64,000 nucleotides of DNA from Lingula anatina (GCA_051362555.1 CM120647.1:7130001-7194000), one strand, 5' to 3'. Positions 1 through 28,963 are shown, numbered from the stretch's first letter. Made by a program: numbers and translations. Notes: generated by a model from the sequence alone, not told the origin.

Positions 1-1514
1 AGTTCATTGATGGAATTCGCCAGAGAAGCAAACAAAAACACATTGCCTATTCTATGTCATACGACTCCCAATAAAAGAGATATTTTGAATCTCCATATTT
101 TCCAAATTATCGTCTGTAAAAGGGTAATACGCGTCACAAAAGACCCTCATGTCAGTTGCTAGTCACAGTTATGGTCGTTGTTACGCCTGGCCTCTTCGTG
201 ACTGTTGCCAGCGCTCTCAAGCGGCAAGGCATTTCTTGGGGGTAGGTTTTTAGAGTTCAATCTGGAATAGCATTCCAGGCATCGGTCTAAAATTGTCCAG
301 TCTGGTCCAGTTTTGTTGTAGGACATGTAGGCAGTTGATTGGTGAGTAATGGTCTACCGAAATATTGTCTACATGGTTCAAATGTGGCGATTTTGATGAC
401 CAGGGTAGCTGTTCATTCCCTTGGTTCTGTAAGTTATCTGCTATTAAAAGTGCTCATTCCCTTGGTTCTGTAAGTTATCTGCTATTAAAAGTGCTCTGGG
501 TGCCCCCTATCAAATGATAGTCAAGTGGTTCCGAGATTATTCCTTTATTTGATCTGGTTCAGGCTTTCGTCGATGACTACCATTGGTGTTTTGGCACCAA
601 TGTGGAATCTACTCTAAATACTGACGCTGCCAATCACCCTTGCCACTTTAGACCCGGCATATGCTTCGTCGTAGGCCTCTTCTGGATATCTGTAAACTCT
701 GTTTTGACTAATTGGGCGGTACAGGTGAAATCTGACCTCAATAAAGAAAGCCACGCAGTTTCAGTGTTCTACCCATATCGTTCATGGCCCCCAATTCATT
801 AGAGAAACAGACGACGATGTTTTGCTGTATACATTGAGTACCTCGGAGGTCATTTGGTGTTCTTATCTGCTAAAACCAGTTTGGTGTTCGCTAAGGGCTT
901 TGAAAAACGCATTTTAGTGGCAAATTACCCCTCGTTCTGAACAGACTAAGTGTTTTTTGTTTAGTTGCAGCAGCGTATCCCGAAAGACAGTGGGTCCTGT
1001 ACCCTGTAGGTAAAATTTTGATACATTGGGGGTGACCTCTGTGTAGGTACATCAATCTGGGCATTACTCTATAAAACTGTGGGGACCGTTCCGTTTGGCA
1101 CTATGATCTGTCTGGTTATGTCTGTCTTTTTCGCGCCATTCTGCCTTAGATTAAAAAATCTGTAATGCACTTTTTGACTCATCTTACGCACTGCAAAACT
1201 GACCGCTTGCATGCAAAATTTCAAATTCTTCTATGCAGTAGTTGCCGAAATATGGATACTTTTTCGACAGAACCAAGCTTTGCCTAAGCCAAGCTTTGAT
1301 CAGCCCAAAGGAACACTACCCAATTAAATCACTGCAAATTACATAATGTAGCAGCGCAACAGGCATGAAACTCAGTTAATTGGTATTGACACACCTAACT
1401 GCACACTTTTACATTCACAAATCTTATGTGAGATCGGATTTTTTTAAAAAATAACGTATTTTTACCTAGGTATAACTTCGAAACTGAAATATTCCATATT
1501 AAATGTCAAGTCTG
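1..1514 (-). mobile_element. Degenerate Tc1/mariner element (left end outside the window)
   Basis: 1-730 is homologous to 11910-12640, which encodes Tc1 transposase motifs. The terminus AAATATTCCATATTAAATGTCAAGTCTG|TA (1487-1516) is the inverted complement of 11763-11790. Confidence 0.75.
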
Positions 1515-1646
1515 TACATACATCCATCAAAAGACATTCCCTGCTGAAAACATTTGTTACCATACAACCAAGCCTGTCTTCCACCAAAAACACTGTCATG
1601 AGCAGGTGCAATCGTCTTAGGTCAAAATGACCTGGCTGGGGTGAAA

Positions 1647-1715
1647 ATGTGGCGGTTGAACACAGTTTCCCATACATTATTGGTCATTCCATGGTGTCCC
1701 GAACAAGGCCAAGGA
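1647..1715 (+). pseudogene. Degenerate duplicate of signal-peptide exon 1 (copy a, gene A)
   Basis: ATG TGG CGG TTG AAC ACA... = MWRLNTVSHTLLVIPWCPEQGQG, homologous to exon 1 of B and C. It lacks 4 nt at the 3' end, the donor reads GCGAGT and the phase is 0 instead of 1. Confidence 0.65.
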
Positions 1716-1952
1716 GCGAGTAAAATATCTCTTTTAATTTAAATCAACATCAAAACTGCATCAAAACTGTAACACAGGCAAGGGGCCTTATTTCTCCACT
1801 ATTGAAGCCAAATCACATAAACCCTTTTATACCGGCAGGGGTCGTTCACACACATAAACGTTTATTCATAAAGGGCCTTTATAAACTTCAATTACCCAGG
1901 AGTTTTCATGTGCAATGCAGCAAAATATGTTCCCTTTTTTAAATATGTAACC

Positions 1953-15469
<13,517 letters not shown>

Positions 15470-16486
15470 AGCCACAGTGTGCCCGCTTTACACCCTACTG
15501 TGACAGCAAACTCAAACAGTTTTAACTGTGGTACAGATTTATTGTGGAATATTATATTCAGAACTATTGACAGAATCACAATATTAAAAGTCGAAGTTGG
15601 GTGTATATGTGCTGTAAAGTTAAAGGGATAATAACTCTTCGTGTGAGATCTATAATTTCACAATAAAAACATTGTGAGTACACACATCTGAGGTCCAAAT
15701 GTTTTGCTCACAATTTCGATTGTTATTATTGTGACATTTAGAAAAAGTTTGTCATGCTGCGCGTGTGAGCAAGTGACTAAGAAAAGGAACATAGACATTT
15801 CGTCATTTTAATTCAAGACAGGATTGATGGTACCGTTATTGCCGCATCTCAGGCTAATTACTCACAGAGAACATTTCGACACTAGAAATATGAGTATAGC
15901 TACGATATATTATATAAAATGTAATCATATTTCCATTGTTATGTATTTAATATTATAATTTAACATTTTTTAATCACTTCAAATGAATTATAATCTGTTC
16001 TTTTTTATTCATGAAACATATTTATATCAAGTATTTTTTTTACTTCACTAAGATAATATGACGAGTTTATGATTAAATGATTTGCAAATTTTATGTTATT
16101 CGGTATTTGTTTTGCTTTGAAAAATCAAAAAGGAGTGTATATTGTAAAGTTTTAGAATTCGATGACAAATTCTTTTGAAGAAAGGGTGTATGTTGAAAAG
16201 TTGATGACTTACGCTTACACTAATTACAATTAGTAATAAAAGGGAAATCAAATAGATAAAAAGTTAGAGTGGTATTGAGTGTAAATTAAGTTTTATCAAG
16301 AGATAACAAGTGTAGAACATGTTTTTAGTGGGAAAAAAAAGAAGGAAAAGGTCAAAGTCGGTAACAGTTTGTGTGATTAAGTGAAAAAAATGGGGAAGAT
16401 GTCTCGTTGTTTTGCCTTCAGTAGACTAAGATATATATATATATCCGTTTTTGATACATAGCATGGGTTAATGAGTGTTGCCATGT

Positions 16487-17745
16487 AGTTACATAAAACG
16501 ATTTGGAAAAAAAAACTTACAGTTTAAAATGCTCACTACGGTTTGATAAAATCTTTATTTTTGCATAATATGGTGTGTGCCTAATCTAGAATAGCAGAAA
16601 AATTTAAAAATGAGATTTTGTAACTTTATTTGTATTTGCATTTGTGTTATGCTTATATCTATCTGGAATATGTAATAGTGTGATTTGTGTCAAATATATA
16701 GGAACGCAAAAGAAAGGTTTGTCTCTTCATAATTGTACTGTTTTTGTTAGTTACATGTATATAGATTTCTATTGTGAGGATTACTTACAGTTGTGCATCA
16801 TGTGTGTTTAACCATATTTCGGGTCATAGCCTTGTATAAAATTGCTTGAACCAAATTATAGATTATTAAACAGAAAAAAGCGTCTCGAAATTAGTTATTT
16901 ATTTCAACATTTGGAATAACCAGTTTGTTTCATTGTTTAACCGCGATCAATATTATCATGTTCTTTCGTTTCCTAGCAACTGCACATTCCCTTGCTGTCT
17001 CAGCTTCAGGTATTTTCTTACAAAGATTATTTTTTCCTATACTTAACCTTATCCGTTAGTTGATGAATAGTGAATAAAAGTGAGTGGCGCCTCTTTTGTG
17101 TGATCATACGGCATTATATATTATATACAGTACTTTTACCGGTATTATTACCTGGACTTATTTCAAAAAGACTCTAAAGCTATTGGGGTTAGCTTAAAGC
17201 CTGATAGAATAAGGCAGCTGAACATGTTAAGTTGGTTTTGTATATTTGGTTTAGAACTTTTAAAAACGACTGCCCCACTATAAAAGCAACAGTGTTTAAC
17301 ATACCCAAATGAAATGACAGTTTGCTTAAGGTGCGTAGTTAAAAGATATTAAAAACCTGGTATTTGCTAAGTCTTAGCACGACAGGATTCCTCGCCCGCC
17401 AAACATACTAAAGCATTGTGAAATTGACCCCTGCTAACGTCTGGATTTAGAATGTTGCTATATGGGGTGGGTGGGTGAGGGTTGATGATTATGAAAGCTC
17501 TTGCCTATTGTACAATGTCTAGCAGTAGACAGAGAGCAGCTTGCTACTAAAATAAGGTAGCTCGGTGATGCAACTTCCCGCTTTCCTTCATTTTTAAAAA
17601 CAGAAAATCACTGAGGCTATGGGGATCACGTGACCTACTGGGCCTGCTGCCCCTGGTGCTGCCATTGATGCCACACCCAAGATACAACCCAGTCTCAACT
17701 AGTGCAGCTCACCCACCCACGGAGATCCTAAAGCATCTCCATATC
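16487..17745 (+). repeat. Paralogous non-coding block (further copies at ~19879-20745 and ~33360-34935)
   Basis: Shared segments such as ctaatctagaa(t/a)ag, ccttg(t/a)ataaaa and cacgtgacc(t/c)actg..ccattg(a/c)tg..acccag(t/c)ctc. Confidence 0.75.
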
Positions 17746-17787
17746 CTGTGCAATATTTATCCTTTCCTTTTAGAATGATATTTATTT

Positions 17788-18190
17788 GGCTCTGTACTTG
17801 GCCTCATCCTGTTCACTCTTTACACGTCACCAACTGAGGACATTTTTTTAAGTACGGTTTCAACCTAATGCCCTATGCAGATGACTCACAAATTTATATT
17901 GTTTGCGACAGGCCATAAGATGCGATGCCATCTATCCAGAAAGGTAAAAGTCAGTTAAGTTAATGCTTTAATGCCAATTCACTTCTTTGCAATGATGGCC
18001 AAACAGAAGTACTGTAGTTCAAATTAGAACTAATAGAAATCGGAAACAGCATGTTCACGGTAAAAGACGGGGTTAAAAACCTAGGAGTAATTTTTATAAT
18101 AGGTGCGATATGGCCGCCGACATCAGTAAAATGCAGAGCCGCTTTCTATGGTCTTAAAAAGGGGCTTTTCATGCGTAATGCAGCAGCTTC
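17788..18190 (+). mobile_element. Decayed L2/CR1-type RT fragment
   Basis: GSVLGLILFTLYTSP and YADDSQIY motifs; VKNLGVIF. Confidence 0.7.
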
Positions 18191-19120
18191 GTCAGATTCT
18201 GGCCTGATCTGTGGGAGCATTCACATCGTGAAGAGCCGAGGTCTAGTAAGGCCGCGACCTAAACATGGCGGACCTACATGAAAGGAAGGCCGGTGCCACA
18301 TGTTTAACTTACGACTGACAGGCAATATGCTACACTTTTTTGTTTGTTTAAATGTTATTAAAATGCGACTTTGGGGTAGGCCATTTGTTAAAACTGTCTT
18401 CATAAGGTACACCCTTCAACTTCCCTTTTTTATCGTTTCGGTCTTGCTTATGTTTGAACCAACTGGCAATACCTGGTGGAATGTCGGTGTTAATTCCGTT
18501 AGAAATGAGATGTTTATTGAACGGGGTGTTAAGAATTATATTTATATTAAAAATAACGCATTTGTCCATTTCGATGAAGGTTATTTTTTCTTTGCTGGAC
18601 GTTTACACACAGACTGTGTTGTTCTTCACCCTGTTTTCGTTGATCCAGTGTGTTCTATTTATCTAAGATTTTACTTGCCCTGTTAACTTCTTAGTATAAT
18701 TCTCGCTTTCATGTATGTATATTTATATCAATGCACCGTTAACTTTTTTTAGAATATAATATTGACACTAGTCAGCCTAATAGAGCAGATCCTGTTTCAT
18801 ATTTGCGGTGAGTCTACACTATTAGGGAGAAGAATAAAAAATAGATTTGCGGTAATGTAGCTGCAAGCAATAACACGCACACAAAACTATGTTGACGCAC
18901 AAAAAACATACAGATTAAGCGGGATTGAGTACTTCAGTACAAACGGCGTGTTTGCAAATAATATGGCAACACACAAACACACACAAAATATGCTTAGGAA
19001 ATCCTTCATGGTGGTCCAGTTCTACCTTGCGTGATGCAACAAAAGTTGTTCCCTTTTTTTACCGTAGTTACAGTGCGCAAATGCAATCGTCCTAAGTCAA
19101 AGTCACCTGATTGAGCTAAA

Positions 19121-19193
19121 ATGTGGCGGTTGAACACATTTTTCCTTATCTTATTGGTCATTTCACGGTGTCCTGAAGACGTACAAAGTCAAG
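19121..19193 (+). CDS. Gene B exon 1, signal peptide
   Basis: [24 protein letters not shown], phase-1 gtaagt donor. Confidence 0.8.
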
Positions 19194-19408
19194 GTAAGTT
19201 AAATATCCCTTTCCGTTATAATTAAACTGAAAACTGTATCGAAACTGCAAATATTTGAGGAAGAATATTCTCCAAAATCGAAACAATTTTTTTTTTTTAT
19301 TATTATTTATTGCATATCTCAACAAAAATACAAAATTGATAAATAACTAAATAAAAATCACTCTCACTCACTCTCTCACTTACTCACAAAGAGACACTCA
19401 GTCATTTG

Positions 19409-19490
<82 letters not shown>

Positions 19491-21652
19491 TCATTTAAAA
19501 TATTTGTCAACAACGATATATAATCTAATAGTAAAATACTTGATAATCACTAATTAATACTATGATCTAATTCAGATAAAAACTAATATGTGTTTTACTA
19601 TCAAATATCGGCAGGGGAACATATTGACATTAACCCTGTCCATACAGTGTGGAGTCGTTTATAAATGGCCCCAGACACATATTTGTAGTGCTTCAAATGA
19701 ATTTAACTGCGTGAGGGGCACTATGTTGTCATTTGTAATAGCTTAAAGTAAAATGCTGCATTTTATATATTCTATACGCACAGGAGTTGATTATCGCTGT
19801 TTGCTTCCAACAGACTTAAATATTAAATCCTTTTTTTTTTCCTCATATCCATGAAGCCTGAAATAAATAATGATGTCAGTTACATAAAGATTTGAAAAAA
19901 GTTAAATTATAGTTTAAAATGCTTGGTTGGCATCTAATTTTCTATAATTAACAAAATAATGTGCGTCTAATCTAGAATAGCAGGGTATTTGGAAATGAGA
20001 CTTTGTAACCGTATCGACAATTTGTATTGCTTATATCTATTGGGAATATGTAATAGTGAATTTTTTGCCAAATCTATAGGAAGGCAGACAAAGGAAAATA
20101 TGTCTTTATATAACTCTATTGTTTTTGCAAGTAATATCGAATTCTGTTTTGAGTAGTACGCACATCGTGTGTCTTTAAGCCTGTTTCATGTTATAACCTT
20201 GTATAAAAACATAAAACCGCTTGAATAAAAGATATATATTTCACTATTTCAAATAACCAGTTGTGTCCCATTTTATTACCACGACCAATATATATTTTCA
20301 TTCATTTCCTAGCAACATACCCAAATGAACTGACAGTGTAAGGAGCCTCTAAAAGATGATAAGGATTTGCTCAGGGGGCGTACGTAAAGGACATTAACAG
20401 GAGAGGATTTTTCTTAAGATATTACGCAATTCACCATAATTGGCTAAGTTAAAGTAGGACAAGTTTCCTACCCCCAAATAACTTTCTAATACAGGTCCGG
20501 AGCCAGAAATTTTAAAAGGGGGTGCATTTTCTGAAAAAATGGCTTTTAAACACGGATGTAGAATTATAATAGAATTTCTTATTTTAAAAAGAGAAAACCA
20601 TTGAGGAAATCACGTGACCTACTGACCTACGTGACCTACTGAACCTGCTGCCCCCCCGTTCCTCCATTGCTGTTACACACTAGATGCGACCCAGCCTCAA
20701 CTATTGCTGGTCACCCACTCATGGAGATCCAAAAGCACATCCGTTCCTTTGATTGGTATTTTTTGTAATATAGTGTGTTCTTAAAAACTCAAGGGCCCCG
20801 GAATAACCTGCTAAAGTGGGGGATGGCAGGGGTGGTGGACAAGCTGTGTTGGATCACTTTATTAGGTACCATTTAGTTAAAATTAATCAAATACAACCGA
20901 GACAACCCCAAGGCATTAAAATGTTATAACCAAGACCAACTAAATTGTAAAGTTTAAGCGTTTTGGACTATAAGGACCACTTAGCACCAGGGCAAAACCA
21001 ACAAAATGTTTTCTGCCTACTCCGACAGCACCTAGGCATCATAGGGATCCCATATAATAATTGTCACAAGAAGAGACATAATAAGCTCGAAGCAAACTAA
21101 ACAAAAAGGTAACTTGAGTAGTAATGGTGCAGCTACCCTGAACATGTAAGTAGTAGTAGTAGTAGTGGTGCAGCTAAGTGTTTTCTCAGTAAACACTTTT
21201 TCCAGTTCACGATAAACTCTGGGTGGCAAAGACAAAATCAATGCTATCATCACATGCCATTCTCATTTTGTAGCCGATGGGGACATTCGCCTGAGAGATG
21301 GAAACACACAATACCAAGGTCGCGTGGAGATATACTATAATGGAGAGTGGCGGAGAGTGTGTGATGAAGGGTGGGGAATTAACGACGCCAAAGTTGCGTG
21401 TAGGCAGCTCGGCTTTGAAGGCGCACACACTGGTAAATATATAACTTATACGGAGTTTAGGTCGTATTATACACTGGAGTCTCCGAATGCATTCAGATTC
21501 AGAGACTTCAACGCTTCTTGTTTCAACGTACTAGTATTATCATCAGGTTTTCTGTATTCTCCTCAATGCTAGGAAAAGGCATGTTAATCTAATTGAATTT
21601 ATAAGGGTCAGCATGGAGTCTCTGCGTTGTATGTGGATACGATTGTGAACAG

Positions 21653-21714
<62 letters not shown>

Positions 21715-22874
21715 TAAGATTTGCAATTTTATGAGCTCTTTTATTTTTCAACAGCATATATCAACTATAACCCCAGAGGCCCTGGATCCTTTTGGTTGTC
21801 CAACCTCAATTGCGCTGGAACTGAGGGGCGCTTGTCCAGTTGTACTTCCCGAGGGTGGGGCACCATCAGCTCTTACTGCGCAGTCGGAGACAACGACGAT
21901 GCTGGGGTCGTCTGCAAATCACGTACGTAAATGCCAACGTATGTTTGACATTTTGACAAAAATTGGTAAGATTGTGAGAGAAAAAAAACTTTAGTACTTA
22001 TTTTCCCGATCAAACTTATTCAAAGAGGTGAACTGTCGTTATAGTAATGCACAGTTCCAGCGGGCAAATTATGTTGTTTTAACGTTGAAACAACGTTGAA
22101 ACATAACGTTGATAACATGTTGGATAAACATTGGATTTGTCAACGTCAGATAACAACTGTGTATCAACCCCAGTTGTTAGATAACATTCTTGCATAAAAA
22201 AGAACATTAAAATGACCTGAAATATTTTATTTTGGTACAAAACACAGGTACACCATCATAACGTACACTGTAAAAACATCCAAGTGCCTGTTTTTTCTGA
22301 TTCTTTCAATGCATTTAGCTCCAAAGAATGTATGGCACCTACGCATGGTACACCTTTTAGCCTGGATGTGTTTTGCAGTAGGACGTGTTTGATGGTTTAA
22401 AGCAATAATAACTTCCGCAAGAAATACAAATTAAACAACGCCTGGAAATATATTCTATTGCATTTTCCCACTAAAACGACTGTTATTGTAGTAAAACTAA
22501 AATCTGTTCTTGTCACTTGGGCTTTCGATGCCTTTCTTCACGGTCGACAAGTGCATCCGTTGCCAATGACGTTTAGGTGTCACGCGGATTCTCGCGTTCA
22601 TTCGAGACCAAAAGAACATGGCGGGAAACCCTCAGACGTAAGTTGCGAGTTTTTGCACAGTGCGTCGGATAACGAAAAGCCCAGAATTGCACACATTGTA
22701 GATATAAATGCATTTTGAGCAATAAGAGATTTTAACAAAAAACCGTACGTTAAGGAAAAAAAACCTGGATTATGTTTGAATGCAGGAATGGGGTCGTTGA
22801 CCATTGGTAAGTACGGGAAAATTGCCGTTTTTTCCAGGAAAATCGTATTTTTGGCCAAAACGAAGAGTTATTAT

Positions 22875-22932
<58 letters not shown>

Positions 22933-24420
22933 TATATATGTATGGCCTTTAAGTTAGGATTTCCAAGGTTTATATATACAGGTTAAGAAAATTCAATAGT
23001 TCACTAAAGACACAAAACAGCTGTCACTTTTACTTTAAAACACTTTCTTAAGAATTTTGATAAAGTTAGTTACAGTATTGATAAACAAAGTATCACGTTT
23101 TCAATAATTATTATTTTAAATTACAATCCATGTCTTGCATCACGACGACCACACAACAACGTTGAGTCAATGATCAAAATACAACGCTGAGTCAACGTCA
23201 CATTATATAAATTAAAAAAATTTAATAAAACTAGAAAGGGTGCAGCGAACTGCCACAAGACATATTCTGGGTAACAAAATGAATTATAAAGACAGACTGG
23301 TTACTTTAAACTTGCTGCCTTTAGCTTAAAGAAGAGAAATTTTAGACGTTACCTTCCTGCATGGTCGTTTTATTGGCAGAGCTGACCTTGATCATACGAA
23401 GTATTTGTATTTTACGGAAAGAAGGGGAGATCATTTTATCACCCACAGTGCCAGCTTTTGTAGAACCGAGACGTCTTTTTTTTAATCGCGTCGTTCCCAT
23501 CTGGAACGCCCTTCCTATGTGCATACGTTCAGGGGTTGGCAGATCAATGTTTAGACGATCCGTCAGAGAGCACTATAGTACTCTTCTGGTGAAGCGCTTT
23601 GACCCCGAGAACGTTTGCACTTGGGTGGGTCGTTGCAGATGTTCACATTGTCGTTTTTAGATGTACACATTGTCGTTTTTAGTACTAAAGTAGAGTTTTA
23701 TATTTTTTTTTATTATGTGTATATCATTGGGGGTGTCCATTCATGGGTCATTGACCCTTTAGGCAAATTAGGTACAATCTAATTTTTGCATTTAAAAGTG
23801 ATGTCGAACTATTAGTTGTAACTTGTTTTATTATGCTCCTTTAAAATTCTTGTATATAATTTACCCAATAAAGTCATTCAAATAAAAAATGACGGTGTTT
23901 TGACGTGGCTGGATCAATGTTGATTTTACGTTGAATTTAGGTAGATCAACGGCAATTCAACGTATCGACCTGTTTTCAACGTTGATCCAACGTAGCTATG
24001 CCTGCTGGGAGTAGCTCTCCTCCTTTACATTGTAGCTGGCGATGGTGCTGTTCGCCTGGTGAACACAAGTAGCCCCTACGAAGGCCGTGTTGAGGTGTAC
24101 TATGCCGGGGAGTGGGGACGTGTGTGTGAATACAACTGGGGCTTCAACGATGCCAAGGTGGTTTGTAAGCAACTTGGATTGGCTGGGGCTCATACGTCTT
24201 TTAGGGACTGGAATCCGAGAGGCACCGGTTAGTTATATACACTATGTTCTCGGTTATGTCGACATTTGTGCTCGTTTAATAATATGCATATGCATCATTG
24301 TTTGATTATTTCTGTGGAAAGTGTGGATGAATGTAATTATTTTCAGGTTCCAGTTCAGATAAAAGCAAATAATTTTAAAATAACATGCTTCACGTTACAA
24401 AAACCTTATTTTTTTCCAGT

Positions 24421-24455
<35 letters not shown>

Positions 24456-27400
24456 GGGTACTTTGGTTTATATTCTTTTCTGACTCAGGTAAATACTGGC
24501 TGTTTAATGTCAACTGTGCAGGAACAGAGTCCAATATAACCCAATGCACCCACGGTGCAGTTGGCGTCTATAACAGTAATTGCAGACAAAGTTACTACGA
24601 CGACGCCGGGGTAATATGCTATGGAGGTGAGTGATGAATATTTATGAATGTATATTCCCAAATTTTTAAAGACGAAAGGAACTGCTTTATATCGATGAAC
24701 TTTTATTCTGTCCTGCTATTTAATATTTTGTCATAATCTAAGGAGTTCAACCCTCACAACCCCCTCGTCTATATTTAAGGCAAATCTTTATAATCCAGTG
24801 GGAATTTATGTTTGGGTCTGTTTCTCTGCATTATGTATACATACCAAGACACTCTGTGGGTCACTGATTATATCATCACTTCCACCTGCGTCTCAGATAA
24901 CATTAAATCAGCACAAAAAACTTATTCAGCAAAGGTGATTGTATGGCGTCTTAAATGTTCTGTGATATTTATTTGACCTTATTTCAAAAATAAGATCGAT
25001 TCTCTTTTGAGTTGATATCTTGGATAGAGCAGTCATTTTTTTATTCAAACTTCCAAGATGATTCTTCAAAACCTGCGAAATCGTAAATTAGGGGAGGCAA
25101 AATTAAAACATCTACATGTACAAAGAAAGTTTCTCGCAGTCGTATGTTTGTTTGTCTCTAAAACGTATATTGCACAAGCACATTGGTCAGAAGTCGGATA
25201 ACACCACATGTGAGTTAAAGAAAGTCGTCCAAAATTGATATGATCATCCCACGCACAATGATACAGTTTAAAGAACAAATATTGTATGAAACGTTTGCTT
25301 TGAGTGGGGTTTTGTTAATGTTTTCAGACGGTGACGGTGCATTGCGTCTTATTAACACATCAAATGCGTACGAAGGTCGCTTGGAGATCTTCTATTCCGG
25401 GAGATGGGGGAGGGTCTGTGACAACGGCTGGGACCTGACTAGCGCTGACGTGGCGTGTAAACAGCTTGGTTTCACCGGGGCCCATACAGCATTATTTCAT
25501 ACGTCACCGCGGGGGACAGGTGAGTATTCAAATTTTATATCTTCCCTGAAAATTAAATTATAATATTTCGATATCGATATATTTAATTGTTTAAAACCGT
25601 GATTTAAAAACAACAGGTATATATATATTAATATCATAGTGAAATAAAAATCAAATTGAAACAAGTTTGATATATACCAGTACGCTTTGGTATGTTATAA
25701 CCTTAAATCTTTTGACTATGACATAGCTATCATATTTCAACAATTCTCTGTAACTTGCACGTGTATCAAAATTTTTTTTTCAAATATGAGCCGGTATCAG
25801 TGCTTGTTTTATATTGTCATGTTGTTAATTTACGATGTTGTTGAGAGTTCAAAGCATGCAGTGATGGTGATCAATTAAGCAATTTAGAAAACAAACGGTG
25901 AAGGCAGTCATATTCGGCGTTTTCTTTGTTAATGGCAAATGAAAAACATCAAATGTTGGATGACAGGGATGTAGCAACTTTTTTTTCCAGGGGCATTGGC
26001 TATCGGAGATAAGAAATATAACACATCAATTGTTGACTGTTGCTTTTGGTTAATATGTTGTTTTGAAGATTGAAGCCAAATTAAGTATTTGTGTGCATTA
26101 TATTTTTAAACAACAGGTCTATTCTGGATACAGAATTTGAATTGCCATGGAAGAGAGGCGCGCTTGGCAGATTGCTCCCATGGCGGCGTTGGCGTAGTCA
26201 GCTCATCTTCATGTTCCCAGTCTTCGTCAGATGACGCCGGCGTTCTGTGTAAAGGGCGTGAGTAGATTTCACAGTTGGACCGACACTCCCGTCCTGCTCG
26301 TCACACAATCATTTTCAAAATCCTTAAACAATCCTAAAATATCAAAACAGTTTTAAATGTGGAAAATCGCCCAGAATTTAAAAGGGGGGGGGATACATTT
26401 TTGCATATATGGTCAAAAAGGACCGGCGTGACAGGAATGGTAGTCCGTTAGCCGTTCCCCATTATTACAGGTAGGTAATGGTGACATTTGTCTCATTTAC
26501 TAAAACTAGAACTCCGACTATCCCTAACCTGTACTAACCATATGAGACCCCGGACGTTCATTCCAAAGACTACTATTCCTGTTACACGACAATACTTCGT
26601 GTTGTTTTTACTTATTGTTTCTGTTCATTTGCTCTGTATTCCCAATAGCCAACGACGGAGAAATCAGATTGATCGGCCCCTCCCAATATTTTGGTCGAGT
26701 TGAGATATTCTACGCAGGAGGCTGGGGAAGAGTGTGCAAATACGGTTGGTCAATGAATGACGCCAAAGTAGCCTGTAGACAGCTTGGCTTCAGCGGGGCG
26801 CTGGCTTACTGGACAAACTGGACACCTCGAGGGACTTCGAGGGTGGTTCTAGGTACTGTTCATCCGTATGCGTGTTAGTCCGTATATATGTTCGTCCTTA
26901 TGTATGTGTCTGTGTTTCATTCTGCCAATGTGTCTGTGTGATTGTCGTCTGCCTATCCGGGTGCCTGTGTGTTTGAGTGCCTCAGCACCTGTCTGTCTGT
27001 GTTTATATCTGTTTGTATGTCGGTCTGTCTGTCTCTCTGCCTCTCCAGCTGGATATGAGTTTGTTTCTCTGCCATTTCTCTGGAGAGGACCTATTTTTCA
27101 ATTAAAACAAACTCTCAATGTTTCATTTTTTTTTTTTTTGATGAGATATTCTTCAAAGTTTGTTACTCGTATTTGTTAGTTTTGTATTTAAGTTGTTCAA
27201 GTTTCTGAAATACAGCCTCCTAATTTTTTGTATTGTTAGAAACGGAGAATTTGCAAGATATTATTATATAGTAAAAAATGGCATGTTGCCAATTTATTGT
27301 GTGTTTTGTGAAATCTATCATACCCGACCAAAAAAAAAAATTCATAGGCATCTTTATTTTGAACAACTATAGACATATGAGCTAAGGTAAAAAAAAAAAA

Positions 27401-27832
27401 AAACAACTTTTAGCCAAATATTGGTGGATAATGGGCCCACCATTCCTTGCTTTTTTAATCTTTTGCATGAAAATAGTAGGCTTGTTGGGGGGTCAAACAC
27501 TGCATTTTGTGGTACAAATGTCTAACTTGGCATAAATGTTCCCTGGGCCAAAATATTTTTTTACCCAAAGAGACGCGCTCTATCGATGCATAAATTAGCA
27601 TAAATTATGCAAATTAGGTGCCAAAATATATAATATTTCATATTTCCATTAATTTTTGGCCTAGAAAGATATATACATTATCAAACCTGACTAAATTAGG
27701 GACAAGGAACCCATTTTTGATCATTTGGAAGCAATTGGTGGCCATTTTGTGCCTCAAATCCAAGATGGCCTCCACTCGCCGTTTTGAAAGTGGACATAAT
27801 TTTGCTATTTTATGTTGAATTTTGAAGCGTTT

Positions 27833-27892
<60 letters not shown>

Positions 27893-28963
27893 ATATATAT
27901 CGATTCCTACTATTTTTGGGGGTGCAAAAGTCATTTTTGATATTGTTTTGGTGATAGAAGGTGATATGAAGAGACAAAGAGGGTGTTTTAAGTGCCTACC
28001 AAGATACTGTATGTGTGAATGCTGCAAAACCATGGATATTGATAAACTGTATTCAAATATATCTTAATACAATTTTTTGTTATAAGCTATCCATATTGGA
28101 CTAAATTATGAGCAAAAAACACATTTTTACCATTATGGAGGCCATTGGTGGCCGTTTTATCTCTCGAATCCAAGATGGCCGCCAAAAACCATTTTGAAAT
28201 TGGGCATAATTCGCTATTTTGAAACTACATGTATTACATCTTTGTAAATGAGTAATACGTTGTTTAATATTTTTTGGGTCCTTAACAAGCCTACTAAAAG
28301 GGATTATGTGGGACTTTCAGCGACATTCATTATTGCAGGGTTAAAGTTCATTTCACAAGTCATGCAAATGGAATGACGATTATTGAACTTTAAACAAGAT
28401 TGTTCCTTGCTCAAACTTTGTCACTCCATTAGCATTTTTTTATAATTTAATTTGACCCCACATTTATAAATGTCATTGTAATTTCCACATGTTTTCTTTC
28501 CTTGCAAAATTTCAAAAACGAGGGCATTCCTTGTGCATTATCCATTAATATTGGATTAAAATCTTACCTTGCCACACATGCTATTGGTTATATTATTATT
28601 ATTATTATTATCATTATTATTCAAAATAGCTATGTTTCCAAATTGTCTTGGCCGAGTGAATTATTTCAAGTTTTATCATATTTTGATAAGATGTGCACTT
28701 AAATGACAAATAACATTTATTTCAATTCGATGTTCTTATGATTGTTATCATGTCGAATAATGATTTATGTAAGTATCCCTGATAGACAAGTATAGCATGA
28801 ATTTTAGACATAAATTACAATTACAATTTTCAGACCAATTAAACTGTACCGGTACAGAAAGTCGACTGGATGCCTGCACTCATGGATGGATTGGATATCC
28901 AAGTAAATCGTCCTGCTCGGCAACATCTGCCGTGGACGCCGGAGTCGCATGTGAAGCGCGTGA

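Larger units (their letters stand above)
22056..24010. mobile_element. CACTA/EnSpm-like non-autonomous element (CCAGC(A/G)GGCA termini, CAACGTTG-rich subterminal repeats) with nested inserts
   Basis: Ends ccagcgggcaaa / tgcctgctggga; the same family lies in inverted orientation at 47599-51922. Confidence 0.65.

Noticed and set aside
415-497. 41-bp tandem duplication
   Set aside because: Local slippage inside a dead Tc1 copy.
18221-18686. ORFs possibly from a Penelope-like element (LMKTVLTNGLPQSRIL on the minus strand)
   Set aside because: Too decayed to call without a database search.
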